Shown here: positions 18,948 through 27,997 of the stretch, piece after piece
Position numbering within the stretch: position 1 is the stretch's first letter
Layout: every line of letters starts with the position of its first letter
NCBI GenBank assembly: GCA_009923445.1
Contig: RFTN01000002.1
Span: forward strand, 102,436-166,435
From: a bacterium
GTDB taxonomy: Bacteria; Patescibacteriota; Saccharimonadia; Saccharimonadales; SZUA-47
Reading direction: 5' to 3'
DNA: 64,000 nt
Translations under genes and position numbers: made by a program
Notes under the pieces: generated by a model
What the model was told of the DNA's origin: nothing
Databases searched by the model: none
What the model saw: only the letters and a program-made list of their open reading frames with translations

Positions 18948-19607
18948 CTACGGCACAAAACGAAGGCTCGGTACTACATACGTATCAAAATCTGCCAGGT
19001 AATCTTTGTTTTCGGTCCATATTTTGATTGTTTTGTCCCTAAGCGGTAGCAGTATAACGCTTCCCTGTTTGCCGGTTTCTATCTCGCCACTAATGCGAAC
19101 CCCCAATACGCCACTGACATTAGCGGCCCTGAACGGCACAGAGGCTGCCTTGCCTGATTTGATGGCGCTGTCATAGGACTTTAGCTGCGCATCGTAAGTT
19201 GACTGCAACACTTGAAAGCGCAGCGCATAGGTAACGGTGCGCTCATCTTTTGGTACTACTCCGGGGTGAAAATAAGCGTTTACTGCGCCAGCACCCGATA
19301 ATGACTCGTCGACATAGCCGCTAAATGTTTTTGGGTAATCGAATGATACCGTACCGTACACCGTAGGTCCTGTGTATGTTTTTACAGGTGATTTTTCTTT
19401 AGCCGCAAACTCTGTATCTTTTTTTGATTCTGCTTGTTTAACAGCAGTTCCAACTTGAGCCTGTACTTTTTTGTCGAGATTTTTTTGTAAATCTGACTTA
19501 CCGACCAGCATGCTAAGCCCAAAAACTAAGCTACCAATAAACAAAAATGTCATAATAACAGCGACTAAAGCTGAAGTTTGTACTGCGCCTGACTCTTTAT
19601 ATTTCAT
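18948..19607 (-). CDS. Membrane-anchored extracytoplasmic protein, function unknown
   Basis: 219 aa with an N-terminal TM helix (ALVAVIMTFLFIGSLVFGLSML) followed by a soluble domain. No motif recognised. Confidence 0.6.
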   Translation of the reverse strand: MKYKESGAVQTSALVAVIMTFLFIGSLVFGLSMLVGKSDLQKNLDKKVQAQVGTAVKQAESKKDTEFAAKEKSPVKTYTGPTVYGTVSFDYPKTFSGYVDESLSGAGAVNAYFHPGVVPKDERTVTYALRFQVLQSTYDAQLKSYDSAIKSGKAASVPFRAANVSGVLGVRISGEIETGKQGSVILLPLRDKTIKIWTENKDYLADFDTYVVPSLRFVP

Positions 19608-19631
19608 TACTCTTATGGTACCGAATGAGCC

Positions 19632-20120
19632 TTATTTATACAAGTACAGGCGCATGCCATTGTTTTCTTTAGCAGGTTTTTTGTTCGGGATAACGAAGGC
19701 AAATGATACTAATTTAACTGGGGTCATTTTAGAATGTGTAATTTTTTTATCAAGTTTTTGCATATATGGCTGCAATAAAAATACATAAATTCCCTGTGCT
19801 TTTGGTAGGTCTACATACCAATAGTTAGAGAGCTTTACTTTGGCTAGTTTACGGTAGCGCCATAGCCGCAATCGACTGTACCAAACAAGCAGCGGATTAA
19901 GCTCGTAACCAATACTTTTTATACCGCGCTTTGCGGCTTCGGCGAGCAAACGGCCATCGCCCGAACCAAGTTCAAGTAGCAATTCACCTGGTTTTAGGTC
20001 AAGCATATCCAGCGCATCGTTGGTACGGTTTTGCAGAGTTGGTAAAAATGGTGCTCCAAATAAAACAGTAAACCCAAAAAACAAAATAAGCGCAATAACA
20101 ATTGCCCAAATTATTAACAT
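19632..20120 (-). CDS. Class I SAM-dependent methyltransferase with N-terminal TM helix
   Basis: SAM motif I LLELGSGDGRLL preceded by GAPFLPT. ATG at 20120 has a GGGGG SD-like run 7 nt upstream. The ORF-track start at 20189 is a TTG. Confidence 0.75.
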   Translation of the reverse strand: MLIIWAIVIALILFFGFTVLFGAPFLPTLQNRTNDALDMLDLKPGELLLELGSGDGRLLAEAAKRGIKSIGYELNPLLVWYSRLRLWRYRKLAKVKLSNYWYVDLPKAQGIYVFLLQPYMQKLDKKITHSKMTPVKLVSFAFVIPNKKPAKENNGMRLYLYK

Positions 20121-20220
20121 AGCGAAGCCCCCGCTCCATTGCTTGGCAAAGAGCCGTGGCCGTAATTGGCCAGCCGAACGCTTGTGCAAAAATTATTTTT
20201 TATTTTTGCGCTAAATGTGT

Positions 20221-20273
20221 CTTTGCAAGTAACGGGTCGGCGGTTGAGCGCCGTCGCTCTCGTCACTGCAAAG
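20221..20273. other. GC-rich extended hairpin between xseB and the methyltransferase gene
   Basis: Outer stem is CTTTGCA/TGCAAAG, the middle stem is GTAACG/CGTCAC with one mismatch, and the apical stem is CGGCG-gttgag-CGCCG. An A/T hairpin (GCAAAAAT...ATTTTTGC, 20186-20209) follows. Confidence 0.45.
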
Positions 20274-20296
20274 TACACTCGGTACGCAGCTATCAT

Positions 20297-20485
20297 TTAC
20301 AATTTGGCTAGTTTAGTAATAGTGTTTTCGGCAGATTTTAATCGCTTTTCAAGCTCAGCAATAATATCTGTACCTCGTTTGTATTTTGTTACAGCATCGT
20401 CTAAATCTATACTACCCTGTTCAAACCACATAATAATTTCGTCGAGTTCTACCTGTAGTTGTGCAGTTGTTTGTTCTTTACTCAT
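20297..20485 (-). CDS. xseB: Exodeoxyribonuclease VII small subunit
   Basis: 62-aa helical protein in the typical position directly after xseA. Contains the block LDDAVTKYKRGTDIIAELEKRL. Confidence 0.85.
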   Translation of the reverse strand: MSKEQTTAQLQVELDEIIMWFEQGSIDLDDAVTKYKRGTDIIAELEKRLKSAENTITKLAKL

Positions 20486-20495
20486 ACTTACTAGT

Positions 20496-21599
20496 TTACC
20501 TTACTAGAGCCTTGATAATACCATCTTGTAGCGTTATATCTAATGTGTCGTTCGATGAAGTATTTTTAACAGACGAAACTATACCTTTTGGCCCGCGTAC
20601 AATGGCGTAACCGCGCTGTAGTGCGGCATGAGGGCTCATTGCAGTAAGCAACTTAGCATTATGCGCAAGGAGCTGCTGCTGCTTAGTTAGTTCAAATGTA
20701 ATGCCGCTGCGTAAGTGATCTTTTTGGGTTGCTAAAACTGTTTTAGCGTTTTGCAGCTGCGTCAACAATCCTTGTTGTAACCATTCGGCTTTATGAGTAA
20801 GTTTCAGGAGTTGTTCTTTTTTGTCGGGCACCAACAACTCGGCGGCGTTGCTGGGCGTGCTGGCGCGGACATCGGCAGCAAGCTCGGCCAAACTTAGGTC
20901 AACTTCGTGCCCAATAGCTATAAGCGTTGGTACGCGACTGCCCGCGACAGCGCGCACGACCTGTTCGTGGCTAAATACACTTAAGTCGTCGGCACTACCG
21001 CCACCGCGAGTAATAACTAACACGTTTGCCAGTTCGGCGTGTTCGGCAAAGTGTTTTATAGCTTGCACAATATCTAGCACAGCTTGCTCGCCCTGCACTT
21101 GTACGTCATATACATTAATTTCAAGCCCACCAAACCGCGCACCAATCACTTTTATAAAGTCAGCGTATGCAGCTGATTGCACGCTAGTAATTAAACCTAT
21201 TTTTTGTGGCGGGTATGGTAGTGAGCGTTTTTTATCAGTGTCAAACAAGCCTTCGGCCTGCAACTTTGCTAGTAACAAATCGGCCGCTTTTTTTATGCTT
21301 CCCTGGCCTACTGGCTGTACCGTTTGAACTTGCACACTAAACCCGTAAAGCTCATGCATGTGTGGTCGGCCACTCACACTTAACACCATGCCGTCTTGTA
21401 GCGGACCTGGCAGCGCAAATACAGTACCAAAAAAACGCACACTTGCGTTGTCGTCTTTTAGATCAAAATACACCCACTTGTTTCGACTAATTTTAAAGTT
21501 AGCGAGTTCACCTTGTATAACTACCTTCGGGTAAGCGTAGTCGAATGTTTGATTAACCAGCGCAATAAAATCACTTGGCGAAATGACTAGCTCTTCCAT
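20496..21599 (-). CDS. xseA: Exodeoxyribonuclease VII large subunit
   Basis: N-terminal OB fold (VVIQGELANFKISRNKWVYFDLKD), catalytic core (ITRGGGSADDL) and a C-terminal coiled coil. Confidence 0.9.
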   Translation of the reverse strand: MEELVISPSDFIALVNQTFDYAYPKVVIQGELANFKISRNKWVYFDLKDDNASVRFFGTVFALPGPLQDGMVLSVSGRPHMHELYGFSVQVQTVQPVGQGSIKKAADLLLAKLQAEGLFDTDKKRSLPYPPQKIGLITSVQSAAYADFIKVIGARFGGLEINVYDVQVQGEQAVLDIVQAIKHFAEHAELANVLVITRGGGSADDLSVFSHEQVVRAVAGSRVPTLIAIGHEVDLSLAELAADVRASTPSNAAELLVPDKKEQLLKLTHKAEWLQQGLLTQLQNAKTVLATQKDHLRSGITFELTKQQQLLAHNAKLLTAMSPHAALQRGYAIVRGPKGIVSSVKNTSSNDTLDITLQDGIIKALVR

Positions 21600-21600
21600 G

Positions 21601-22641
21601 CTAGTTCTCGGTTTGGTTTGCGTGTAGGGCTTTGTGGTAAAAATACGCTCCAGGAGGCAGCTGTATGAGCGAATTAAGAATTCGATACATAACCGTAACT
21701 GGCAAACTTAAAGCGGCTGGAATACCCGCAGCTGCAAGTGTAGCCGTCATTAAGGCCTCGTATATACCAATACCGCCTGGTAGCACCGAAATAAGTCCCG
21801 CAAAGTTACTCACTGCATAGGCAATAATAATGGCGCCGGGGTTAATAAACTGACCAAACGCCATATACACTGCATAAATTGTAAGAATTTCGGTTGCATT
21901 TGCAAGCAGTGCATAAGCGAGTGGTTTTTTGAGTTGCCGAAGGTCCTTACGAAGTACCATATAATTGTCGTGTAACTCATAAAATGTTTCGTGTACTTTT
22001 TCTACATTAATAGTCTCGGGGCTGTCGCGCTTAAAATAAAAAATTACTCTGTTGAATAGTTTTGTAAAAAATGCAAAAAAGCTATTTATACGCCCCCTAC
22101 TGCCCAATACATACGCAAGCAGCAGTGTGCCAACAAACAAAAACGTCGATAAGCTACTAGCAATAAGCAACAAAAATCCACTAGCTTGGCCGCCAATAGC
22201 AAGCGCCAACAAACCAACTGCAAGTAGAATTTGAAACGATATAAACACGAGCGAGAATTTTATAACCTGCACAAGAGTTGACTTGCCCGCGCCTGCGCCC
22301 AGCCTGCGCATACGTAAGCTAAAATAACTTATGCCAGACACGCCTCCACTTGGGAACACGTTATTAACAAAATTAAGCTCTAGCTGCACCTTATACATTT
22401 GCTTGTACGCTAAATTATCGCCTAACACCTCATAAATCTGCATATACATCTTGGTATACGCATGGTAGTTTACTAGCTGAAATAGCGGCATAAGCGCAAG
22501 CGCCCACGGATTAACATTATTTAAGTTTTTAAATGTATCGACAATTTGGTGGCGCAGCGCATACACTAAAACAACCAACGCAATAATTGTGGCTATACTA
22601 ATGTAGGTTTTAATTTTACTGTTAGATTCTTTTTTGGGCAT
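21601..22641 (-). CDS. UPF0104 / MprF-flippase-like membrane protein
   Basis: About 8 TM helices with the family's PGG-type loops (FPSGGVSGISY and LPGGIGIYEALM). ATG at 22641 chosen. Confidence 0.65.
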   Translation of the reverse strand: MPKKESNSKIKTYISIATIIALVVLVYALRHQIVDTFKNLNNVNPWALALMPLFQLVNYHAYTKMYMQIYEVLGDNLAYKQMYKVQLELNFVNNVFPSGGVSGISYFSLRMRRLGAGAGKSTLVQVIKFSLVFISFQILLAVGLLALAIGGQASGFLLLIASSLSTFLFVGTLLLAYVLGSRGRINSFFAFFTKLFNRVIFYFKRDSPETINVEKVHETFYELHDNYMVLRKDLRQLKKPLAYALLANATEILTIYAVYMAFGQFINPGAIIIAYAVSNFAGLISVLPGGIGIYEALMTATLAAAGIPAALSLPVTVMYRILNSLIQLPPGAYFYHKALHANQTEN

Positions 22642-22718
22642 TAAATATATAGTAGCACTTTTACTTTGCTTTAATAAGGTGTTAATAAGTGACCGTACCA
22701 CGTATACTATGACTATAT

Positions 22719-23897
22719 ATGAAATCATTACTTACCCTTGGTCGCCAGCCTAAACTTGGTATAGCCGAGCTAGAAAGCTTGTTTGGTGCCGAAGCTGTTA
22801 CGCCGTTTGGTGCGCAGGCAGTTTTTTTAGATGTAGAGCCTGAGCACGTACCTTTTGCCCGCCTAGGTGGCAGCACAAGGCTGTGTAGCAAACTCGCACA
22901 ACTTCCCTCGCCTAATTGGCCGGACATTCGCGACTACATTGCTAAATCCATACCCGAGCAAGAGCACTATGTGCCCGAGGGTAAGTTAACTATTGGTCTG
23001 AGCGTAATAGGCGTAAAAACATCAATAAAAGATATTGAGCGCTGCTTACTAACCGCTAAAAAAGCGGTTAAAGCACTTGGTAGATCAGTACGCATTGTGC
23101 CAAATAAACAGCTCGAACTTAATGCTGCACAGATTATTCACAATGGCTTAACCAACACTAACGGCTGGGAGCTAGTAGTAATTAGCGACGGCCAAAATGC
23201 CTGGCTTTCCCAAACCGTGAATGTACAAGATATCGAGGGCTACGCCGCCCGCGACCAAGCCCGCCCCTACCGTGACGCCCGCGTTGGTATGTTGCCACCA
23301 AAACTAGCACAAACAATTATTAACCTTGGCGCCTCTTCACTACAACCCACTAAGCAACTGCTACTGGACCCGTTTTGCGGCACCGGTGTTGTGTTGCAAG
23401 AAGCAAGTCTAATGGGGTTTGATGTGTACGGCACTGACATCAACCCACGTATGGTCGAATACACTATTGGCAACCTACATTGGCTACGCGAGAAGTTTGA
23501 CGTTGCTGGTGAGTATGTGCGTATTGAACTTGGCGATGCCACTAAGCACGGGTGGCAGCAACCAATAAACGTTGTAGCCTGCGAAACGTATTTAGGTCAG
23601 CCCTTGATGTCGCTGCCAAACAGCGAGCATTTAAGCAAAATAATTTATGAAACTAACCTAATAAATCACAATTTTATTAAGAATTTGGCGCCTCAACTAA
23701 AAAGCGGTACCCGTATATGCTTGGCTGTGCCAGCCTGGCGCGGCAAACACGAGTTTTTACACCTACCAATGCTTGACCATTTAACAGAGCTAGGCTATAA
23801 TAGAGTTAAGTTTGTTCACGCTAGTAATAGCGATCTGATTTATCACAGAGAAAATCAGGTAGTTGCCCGTGAACTAATAGTATTAGTAAAAAGTTAA
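22719..23897 (+). CDS. Putative RNA methyltransferase (UPF0020/Trm11-like)
   Basis: C-terminal Rossmann motif I DPFCGTGVVLQEA followed by YGTDINP. The N-terminal half resembles a THUMP-like RNA-binding module. The catalytic tetrapeptide is divergent (ETYLG). Confidence 0.65.
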   Translation: MKSLLTLGRQPKLGIAELESLFGAEAVTPFGAQAVFLDVEPEHVPFARLGGSTRLCSKLAQLPSPNWPDIRDYIAKSIPEQEHYVPEGKLTIGLSVIGVKTSIKDIERCLLTAKKAVKALGRSVRIVPNKQLELNAAQIIHNGLTNTNGWELVVISDGQNAWLSQTVNVQDIEGYAARDQARPYRDARVGMLPPKLAQTIINLGASSLQPTKQLLLDPFCGTGVVLQEASLMGFDVYGTDINPRMVEYTIGNLHWLREKFDVAGEYVRIELGDATKHGWQQPINVVACETYLGQPLMSLPNSEHLSKIIYETNLINHNFIKNLAPQLKSGTRICLAVPAWRGKHEFLHLPMLDHLTELGYNRVKFVHASNSDLIYHRENQVVARELIVLVKS

Positions 23898-23913
23898 AGC
23901 TACCTGAGCTTGA

Positions 23914-24034
23914 GATTCTTTCTGGCAGATGAAGTGCAAGAAAGAGACGAGCAACGGAACGAATCGTACCAAAGCGGTACGATGAGTGAGTAGCACAAGC
24001 ATCTGCCGCAGCAATTCGCTGCCCAGAAAGGATC
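23914..24034 (+). promoter_or_regulatory. Structured 5' leader of rpmA with a sequestered Shine-Dalgarno
   Basis: A 12-bp helix GATTCTTTCTGG (23914-25) / CCAGAAAGGATC (24023-34) continues as CAGATG/CATCTG. Internal hairpins are CGTACC-aaagc-GGTACG and GCAGC-aattc-GCTGC. The 3' arm contains the AAAGGA SD, 8 nt before the ATG. Confidence 0.5.
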
Positions 24035-24040
24035 GATTAT

Positions 24041-24313
24041 ATGTCACATGTTAAAGCGGGCGGAACAGCCAAAAACACCAAAGACAGTCCCGGCCAGCGG
24101 CTTGGTATTAAGCGCAGTGGTGGCCAAACGGTTACCACGGGTCAAATTATCTTTAGGCAAATTGGCATGACCAAGCTACCAGGCAAAGGTACGACCATGA
24201 GCCGTAACTACACTATTCATGCTGCTAAAGACGGCGTTGTTACATTTATTACTCGCAGCAAAAAGACCTACACCGGCAAAACAGTTCGCCGCACCGAAAT
24301 CCAGGTTATTTAA
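24041..24313 (+). CDS. rpmA: 50S ribosomal protein L27
   Basis: The N-terminal block SHVKAGGTAKNTKDSPGQRLGIKRSGGQ matches the L27 consensus AHKKAGGS..NGRDS..KRLG.K..GG. Confidence 0.95.
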   Translation: MSHVKAGGTAKNTKDSPGQRLGIKRSGGQTVTTGQIIFRQIGMTKLPGKGTTMSRNYTIHAAKDGVVTFITRSKKTYTGKTVRRTEIQVI

Positions 24314-24321
24314 TTAACTCA

Positions 24322-24891
24322 ATGAGCAAAGCTTCAAATCCCCAGAGTATTCAGCCTCTGGGGATTGCTGTTTATACAGCTATTCTTACCGTAGTAGTAT
24401 GTTACTGTATTAAGCCTGAGCTTATAGGTATAAGATCGGCGTTTAGTTCACTCGGCGCCTTCCCTCCTACATCATATATATTTACGACTGGGTTTGTACT
24501 AACAGCCTTACTGCTACTAGTTGATGCCAAAGCAACAAAACGCCTGCTACAAAAAATCTGTCGCATAGTTGCAGCGACAGGCTTTTTTATGCTTGGCGTG
24601 TTTCAGATAGAACATGGCCAAATCAAGGGCGACCTACACCGTTTGGGTGGGCTTATAATGCTACTAGCAATTATTGTAAGCATGATTGCACACGTAATTA
24701 CCGAATGGCGCACTGCGTCTGCAAAACAGCATGCACTATACTCGATGTTTACTCTACTAGCTATAACTTCTGTTGTTATGTCAGTGCTATCTAGTAGTCA
24801 ATTTAAAGTTATGGCACTGCAGGGGCTTGCACAATACATTGGCATTGTTAGCCTTGTTGGCTGGGCTATGCTAGACAGCAAGCAGCGCTAA
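24322..24891 (+). CDS. Polytopic membrane protein, function unknown
   Basis: 189 aa with about 6 hydrophobic helices. Starts 8 nt after rpmA. Confidence 0.6.
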   Translation: MSKASNPQSIQPLGIAVYTAILTVVVCYCIKPELIGIRSAFSSLGAFPPTSYIFTTGFVLTALLLLVDAKATKRLLQKICRIVAATGFFMLGVFQIEHGQIKGDLHRLGGLIMLLAIIVSMIAHVITEWRTASAKQHALYSMFTLLAITSVVMSVLSSSQFKVMALQGLAQYIGIVSLVGWAMLDSKQR

Positions 24892-24942
24892 TTATTAATA
24901 ACCTACTTTAATTCTATAACGCAATGAGACTACGCCGTGTCA

Positions 24943-25977
24943 TTACTGAGCGTCAACTAGTGTTTTTTGTATTAACCGCATTATATTGCCACGGCTATTA
25001 TTGTCAGATAAACCTACTGCAAGTCCCTGCAAGAATAGCTCTGTTTGGCGGGCTGCTTGTTGGTTATCGGCTGAAATCAGCTCACGTACTGCTCTAGATT
25101 GCTCGATCATATCAGAAACAAGTTGATTTTTTTGATAAGCTGCATAATTAGGATCTGTATTTGAAGTTTTACTCATAGTTTCTATAAGTGTACTTACGAC
25201 TGAATCTATACGATTTAAAGCTGAAGTATCTGATCCTAGTAAATTCTGCAGTGCTGGACGGACACTATCTGCATAATAATCGTTAGCGAATCGAGGATCA
25301 CGTAACGCACCGATTGCAGCACCTTCAAACGTTCGCCGTATATCAACTTGTTGTCTTTGGGTATAATCTACTAATCTGCCAATACTATTATTCACTGCAG
25401 CGTCTGGCATATTCGCAAATCTATTTAGTTCAGAATATAAAGTACCTAAATCATTATTTACACGTTGTTTAAACTCGGCTGTTTTCGTAGGATCTAGCTG
25501 TGCCTGTTCTGCACCTTCTTTTATAACAGCTTCAGCAACAATATCAACTTCTATTTCAGCATGTACTGCAGGAGCCCCTATATGTCCTAGGGCTTTTTCT
25601 GCTTCTACAACTTCAGCTGAATTGTCAGCTTCTGAGTTTTGCCAACTATTGAACGTATCTACCCACACGTTTTTTATAACACCTTCAATATGTCCATTTT
25701 CATCACGTAATGGTTTACCATCTACGCCAAGTTCGGCGTTAGATATAATGACGTATTGACGCTCTATTCCAGTTGTTTTATCGGTATCCATACCAACTTC
25801 TACGACATTCCAGCCATTTTCGGTGTATGCGTTCTCGCCTGCGCCACGTTTTACATCAAAATTTCCATCTACAACACCTAGCGATTCTGCGGGTGTTGGT
25901 TGTTTGGCTGACTCAGCTGCGGCAACAAAGTTCTGCGCATTTGAGTCTTGAGATAGTTGTGTTGGATCTTGATTCAT
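24943..25977 (-). CDS. Hypothetical protein (344 aa), A+T-rich island
   Basis: No signal peptide or TM helix. ATG at 25977 chosen because the longer ORF would contain its own promoter boxes. No motif recognised. Confidence 0.6.
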   Translation of the reverse strand: MNQDPTQLSQDSNAQNFVAAAESAKQPTPAESLGVVDGNFDVKRGAGENAYTENGWNVVEVGMDTDKTTGIERQYVIISNAELGVDGKPLRDENGHIEGVIKNVWVDTFNSWQNSEADNSAEVVEAEKALGHIGAPAVHAEIEVDIVAEAVIKEGAEQAQLDPTKTAEFKQRVNNDLGTLYSELNRFANMPDAAVNNSIGRLVDYTQRQQVDIRRTFEGAAIGALRDPRFANDYYADSVRPALQNLLGSDTSALNRIDSVVSTLIETMSKTSNTDPNYAAYQKNQLVSDMIEQSRAVRELISADNQQAARQTELFLQGLAVGLSDNNSRGNIMRLIQKTLVDAQ

Positions 25978-26005
25978 TTTTTTTGTTTTATGTTGTAATA
26001 TTACT

Positions 26006-26034
26006 ATACTAACATATGCTTTATATATTGTCAA
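26006..26034 (-). promoter_or_regulatory. Sigma70-type promoter TTGACA-17-TAGTAT
   Basis: -35 TTGACA (26034-26029), 17-nt spacer, -10 TAGTAT (26011-26006). An A-rich leader without SD follows. Confidence 0.55.
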
Positions 26035-26164
26035 TATAGTATTTTTACTATAGTAACTTGAGCTCTTTAATCAAATCCTCTGTGCTATGATAGTCCCAGT
26101 TTTTATTAGTTGTATCTCTAGCGCACCGAAATCCAGATTCTTTAATACTACTTCTCTGTAATTT

Positions 26165-26191
26165 AAAAAGCGCCCTACTGGGCGCTTTTTT
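26165..26191. terminator. Bidirectional intrinsic terminator
   Basis: AAAAAGCGCCC-tact-GGGCGCTTTTTT: a perfect GC-rich stem flanked by A and T runs, downstream of the 489-aa gene. Confidence 0.75.
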
Positions 26192-26334
26192 ATTAGCTAC
26201 GAACTTCTGCAGCCTTACCGAGTGTTTGGATTTATTCCCAGCTTTCACCCGCAGCATGTCGAGCTTGTTGTTCTACGAATACTGCTGACTGATGCGCAGC
26301 ACTTTGTTAGCTTTTTATCTTGTAGAAATCAACT

Positions 26335-27804
26335 TTAAAAGCCTGAAGGCGAAACATAATCAGAGGGTTTTTCTTTGTCCCATAATTCAAGTGCCTTCCT
26401 GGCAATATAAGGAAACCCACCGTACTTATAGAAGCTCTCTGGGTCCATTTTTTCTGCTATTAATTTCGTAAATTCACGTAAATTCGCTTCGATACCTTCT
26501 ATGCCAATTGTTTTAACGGCTTTATCCCAAGCTTTTTCTTGCAAACCGTCAATACCCCCAACGTAATCGTTAATCGATTTTTGTAGCTTGTTGGATCCTT
26601 CGTCTTTAATATAGTTCGACGGATTAAGTAATACGGCGTCTAGAAGGCCATCTAGTCCTTCTTGTTGGGCTATTTTTGTATAAAAATTTGCCGGATCAAA
26701 TACTTCCCCTTCTGCTCTATCATCAAAAATATCTTTAGGGCTGAATCCTGATAACTTAGATACAAATTTGAAGTGTCTTTTTACGTCAGCGTAGCCGTGC
26801 TTATCGCCCGAAAAATGCTCTGCACGCAGTTCTTCTAATCCAATTCCCAAATACGGCTCACCGTTAACAGAGACACCTTTTTGGGTATGCGTGTATTCAT
26901 GTTTTAGCAAAGCTAAATCACGTGCCCTATCATCTTCTGTAAAATAACTTGATCGGGCTTCATCTTTGTATAATATTTTTTCTGCGGTAGTTAGCGATAA
27001 ACATAAAATTGTTCTTCCATCTATTGTCGTTATCCATGCTGGCGCAAAAGAATCACCTTCTCTGCCCATACTTTTATTAAAATCTTTGCCATTTTTGATT
27101 AGACCTTCTTCGTAATCCTTATAAGCCTCGTCGTCTTGATCAAATTCTTTTACTTTTGGATCGTCATATTTTAGATCATACAAACCATCAGGAGGGGTAG
27201 GACTCATACCATAGGCTTCACCGCCATCTTCTGACAAAACATTCAAAACACGAACCTCATACTGGTCTTCATTATCGGCTGTTATACCTAAATTTTTCTT
27301 AACATCATCTAGTAACCCATTAGCGATGGCAGCCGTCATTTCACTACTAACTACTTTATTTGTAAATTTATCGTAGGTCGCTAGCATTCTTTCACTAGAT
27401 ATATCATCTTCACCTTTTGAACCCCCGTAGACATCCGCATAAGCACTTTCTTTACCCGCTAGCAAAACCAACGTATCAGCTAAAAATTCTTTGTGTGCGG
27501 TTATAACACCTACGTTTTCTACCTTCGAGTCCTTTAAGTCTGCATAGTCACTAGCCAAAGCTGCAAAAATAATAGATTTTGATTCATCTTCAAAGAATTT
27601 ATCTGTTATACCAAAATCATCTATCATTTCTTGTCCGGCGTCCTGAATTTTTGCCCTTCGTTCAGGGTCAGTAATTACACCAACCTCTACAAGTTTACCT
27701 AGTGCTGTGTTTAATAATTCATGCTGAATAGGTATCGCTTCAGGGTTCACAGGCGAGAATGGTGCATTTTCTTGAGGACTTGTTTGTAATTGTATTTCTG
27801 ACAT
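26335..27804 (-). CDS. Putative gluzincin metallopeptidase-like protein (collagenase-type HEYTH...EExxAExF)
   Basis: LLKHEYTHTQ, then GLEELRAEHFSG 18-19 residues later. This resembles the M9 collagenase zinc site (HEYTHYL ... YEEGxAEFFAG). No signal peptide. The rest of the protein is unrecognised. Confidence 0.45.
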   Translation of the reverse strand: MSEIQLQTSPQENAPFSPVNPEAIPIQHELLNTALGKLVEVGVITDPERRAKIQDAGQEMIDDFGITDKFFEDESKSIIFAALASDYADLKDSKVENVGVITAHKEFLADTLVLLAGKESAYADVYGGSKGEDDISSERMLATYDKFTNKVVSSEMTAAIANGLLDDVKKNLGITADNEDQYEVRVLNVLSEDGGEAYGMSPTPPDGLYDLKYDDPKVKEFDQDDEAYKDYEEGLIKNGKDFNKSMGREGDSFAPAWITTIDGRTILCLSLTTAEKILYKDEARSSYFTEDDRARDLALLKHEYTHTQKGVSVNGEPYLGIGLEELRAEHFSGDKHGYADVKRHFKFVSKLSGFSPKDIFDDRAEGEVFDPANFYTKIAQQEGLDGLLDAVLLNPSNYIKDEGSNKLQKSINDYVGGIDGLQEKAWDKAVKTIGIEGIEANLREFTKLIAEKMDPESFYKYGGFPYIARKALELWDKEKPSDYVSPSGF

Positions 27805-27832
27805 TTTTATGTTTTAGTTATTTACTTATATA

Positions 27833-27861
27833 TTATTAGCATAAGTTTTATTATTTGTCAA
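27833..27861 (-). promoter_or_regulatory. Sigma70-type promoter TTGACA-17-TAATAA
   Basis: -35 TTGACA (27861-27856), 17-nt spacer, A/T-rich -10 (27838-27833). An A-rich leader without SD follows. Confidence 0.55.
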
Positions 27862-27937
27862 TTTTAGTACAGATAGTTACTCCAACTAGGAAGTATTATG
27901 TTTAGTGCGATTTGGGGTGAATCACGAGAAACGTAAA

Positions 27938-27963
27938 GAGGCTGTACGTTTCTGTACAGCCTC
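27938..27963 (-). terminator. Intrinsic terminator after the pyrG-REC operon
   Basis: 10-bp perfect stem GAGGCTGTAC-n6-GTACAGCCTC, followed on the minus strand by TTTACGTTTCT. Confidence 0.7.
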
Positions 27964-27997
27964 AGAGTGTCTGGGCTATTCGCCCAAAGTATGCAAA

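Noticed and set aside
26048-26257. 69-aa minus-strand ORF between the two island genes.
   Set aside because: It contains the strong bidirectional terminator hairpin (26165-26191) in its middle and lacks a start context.
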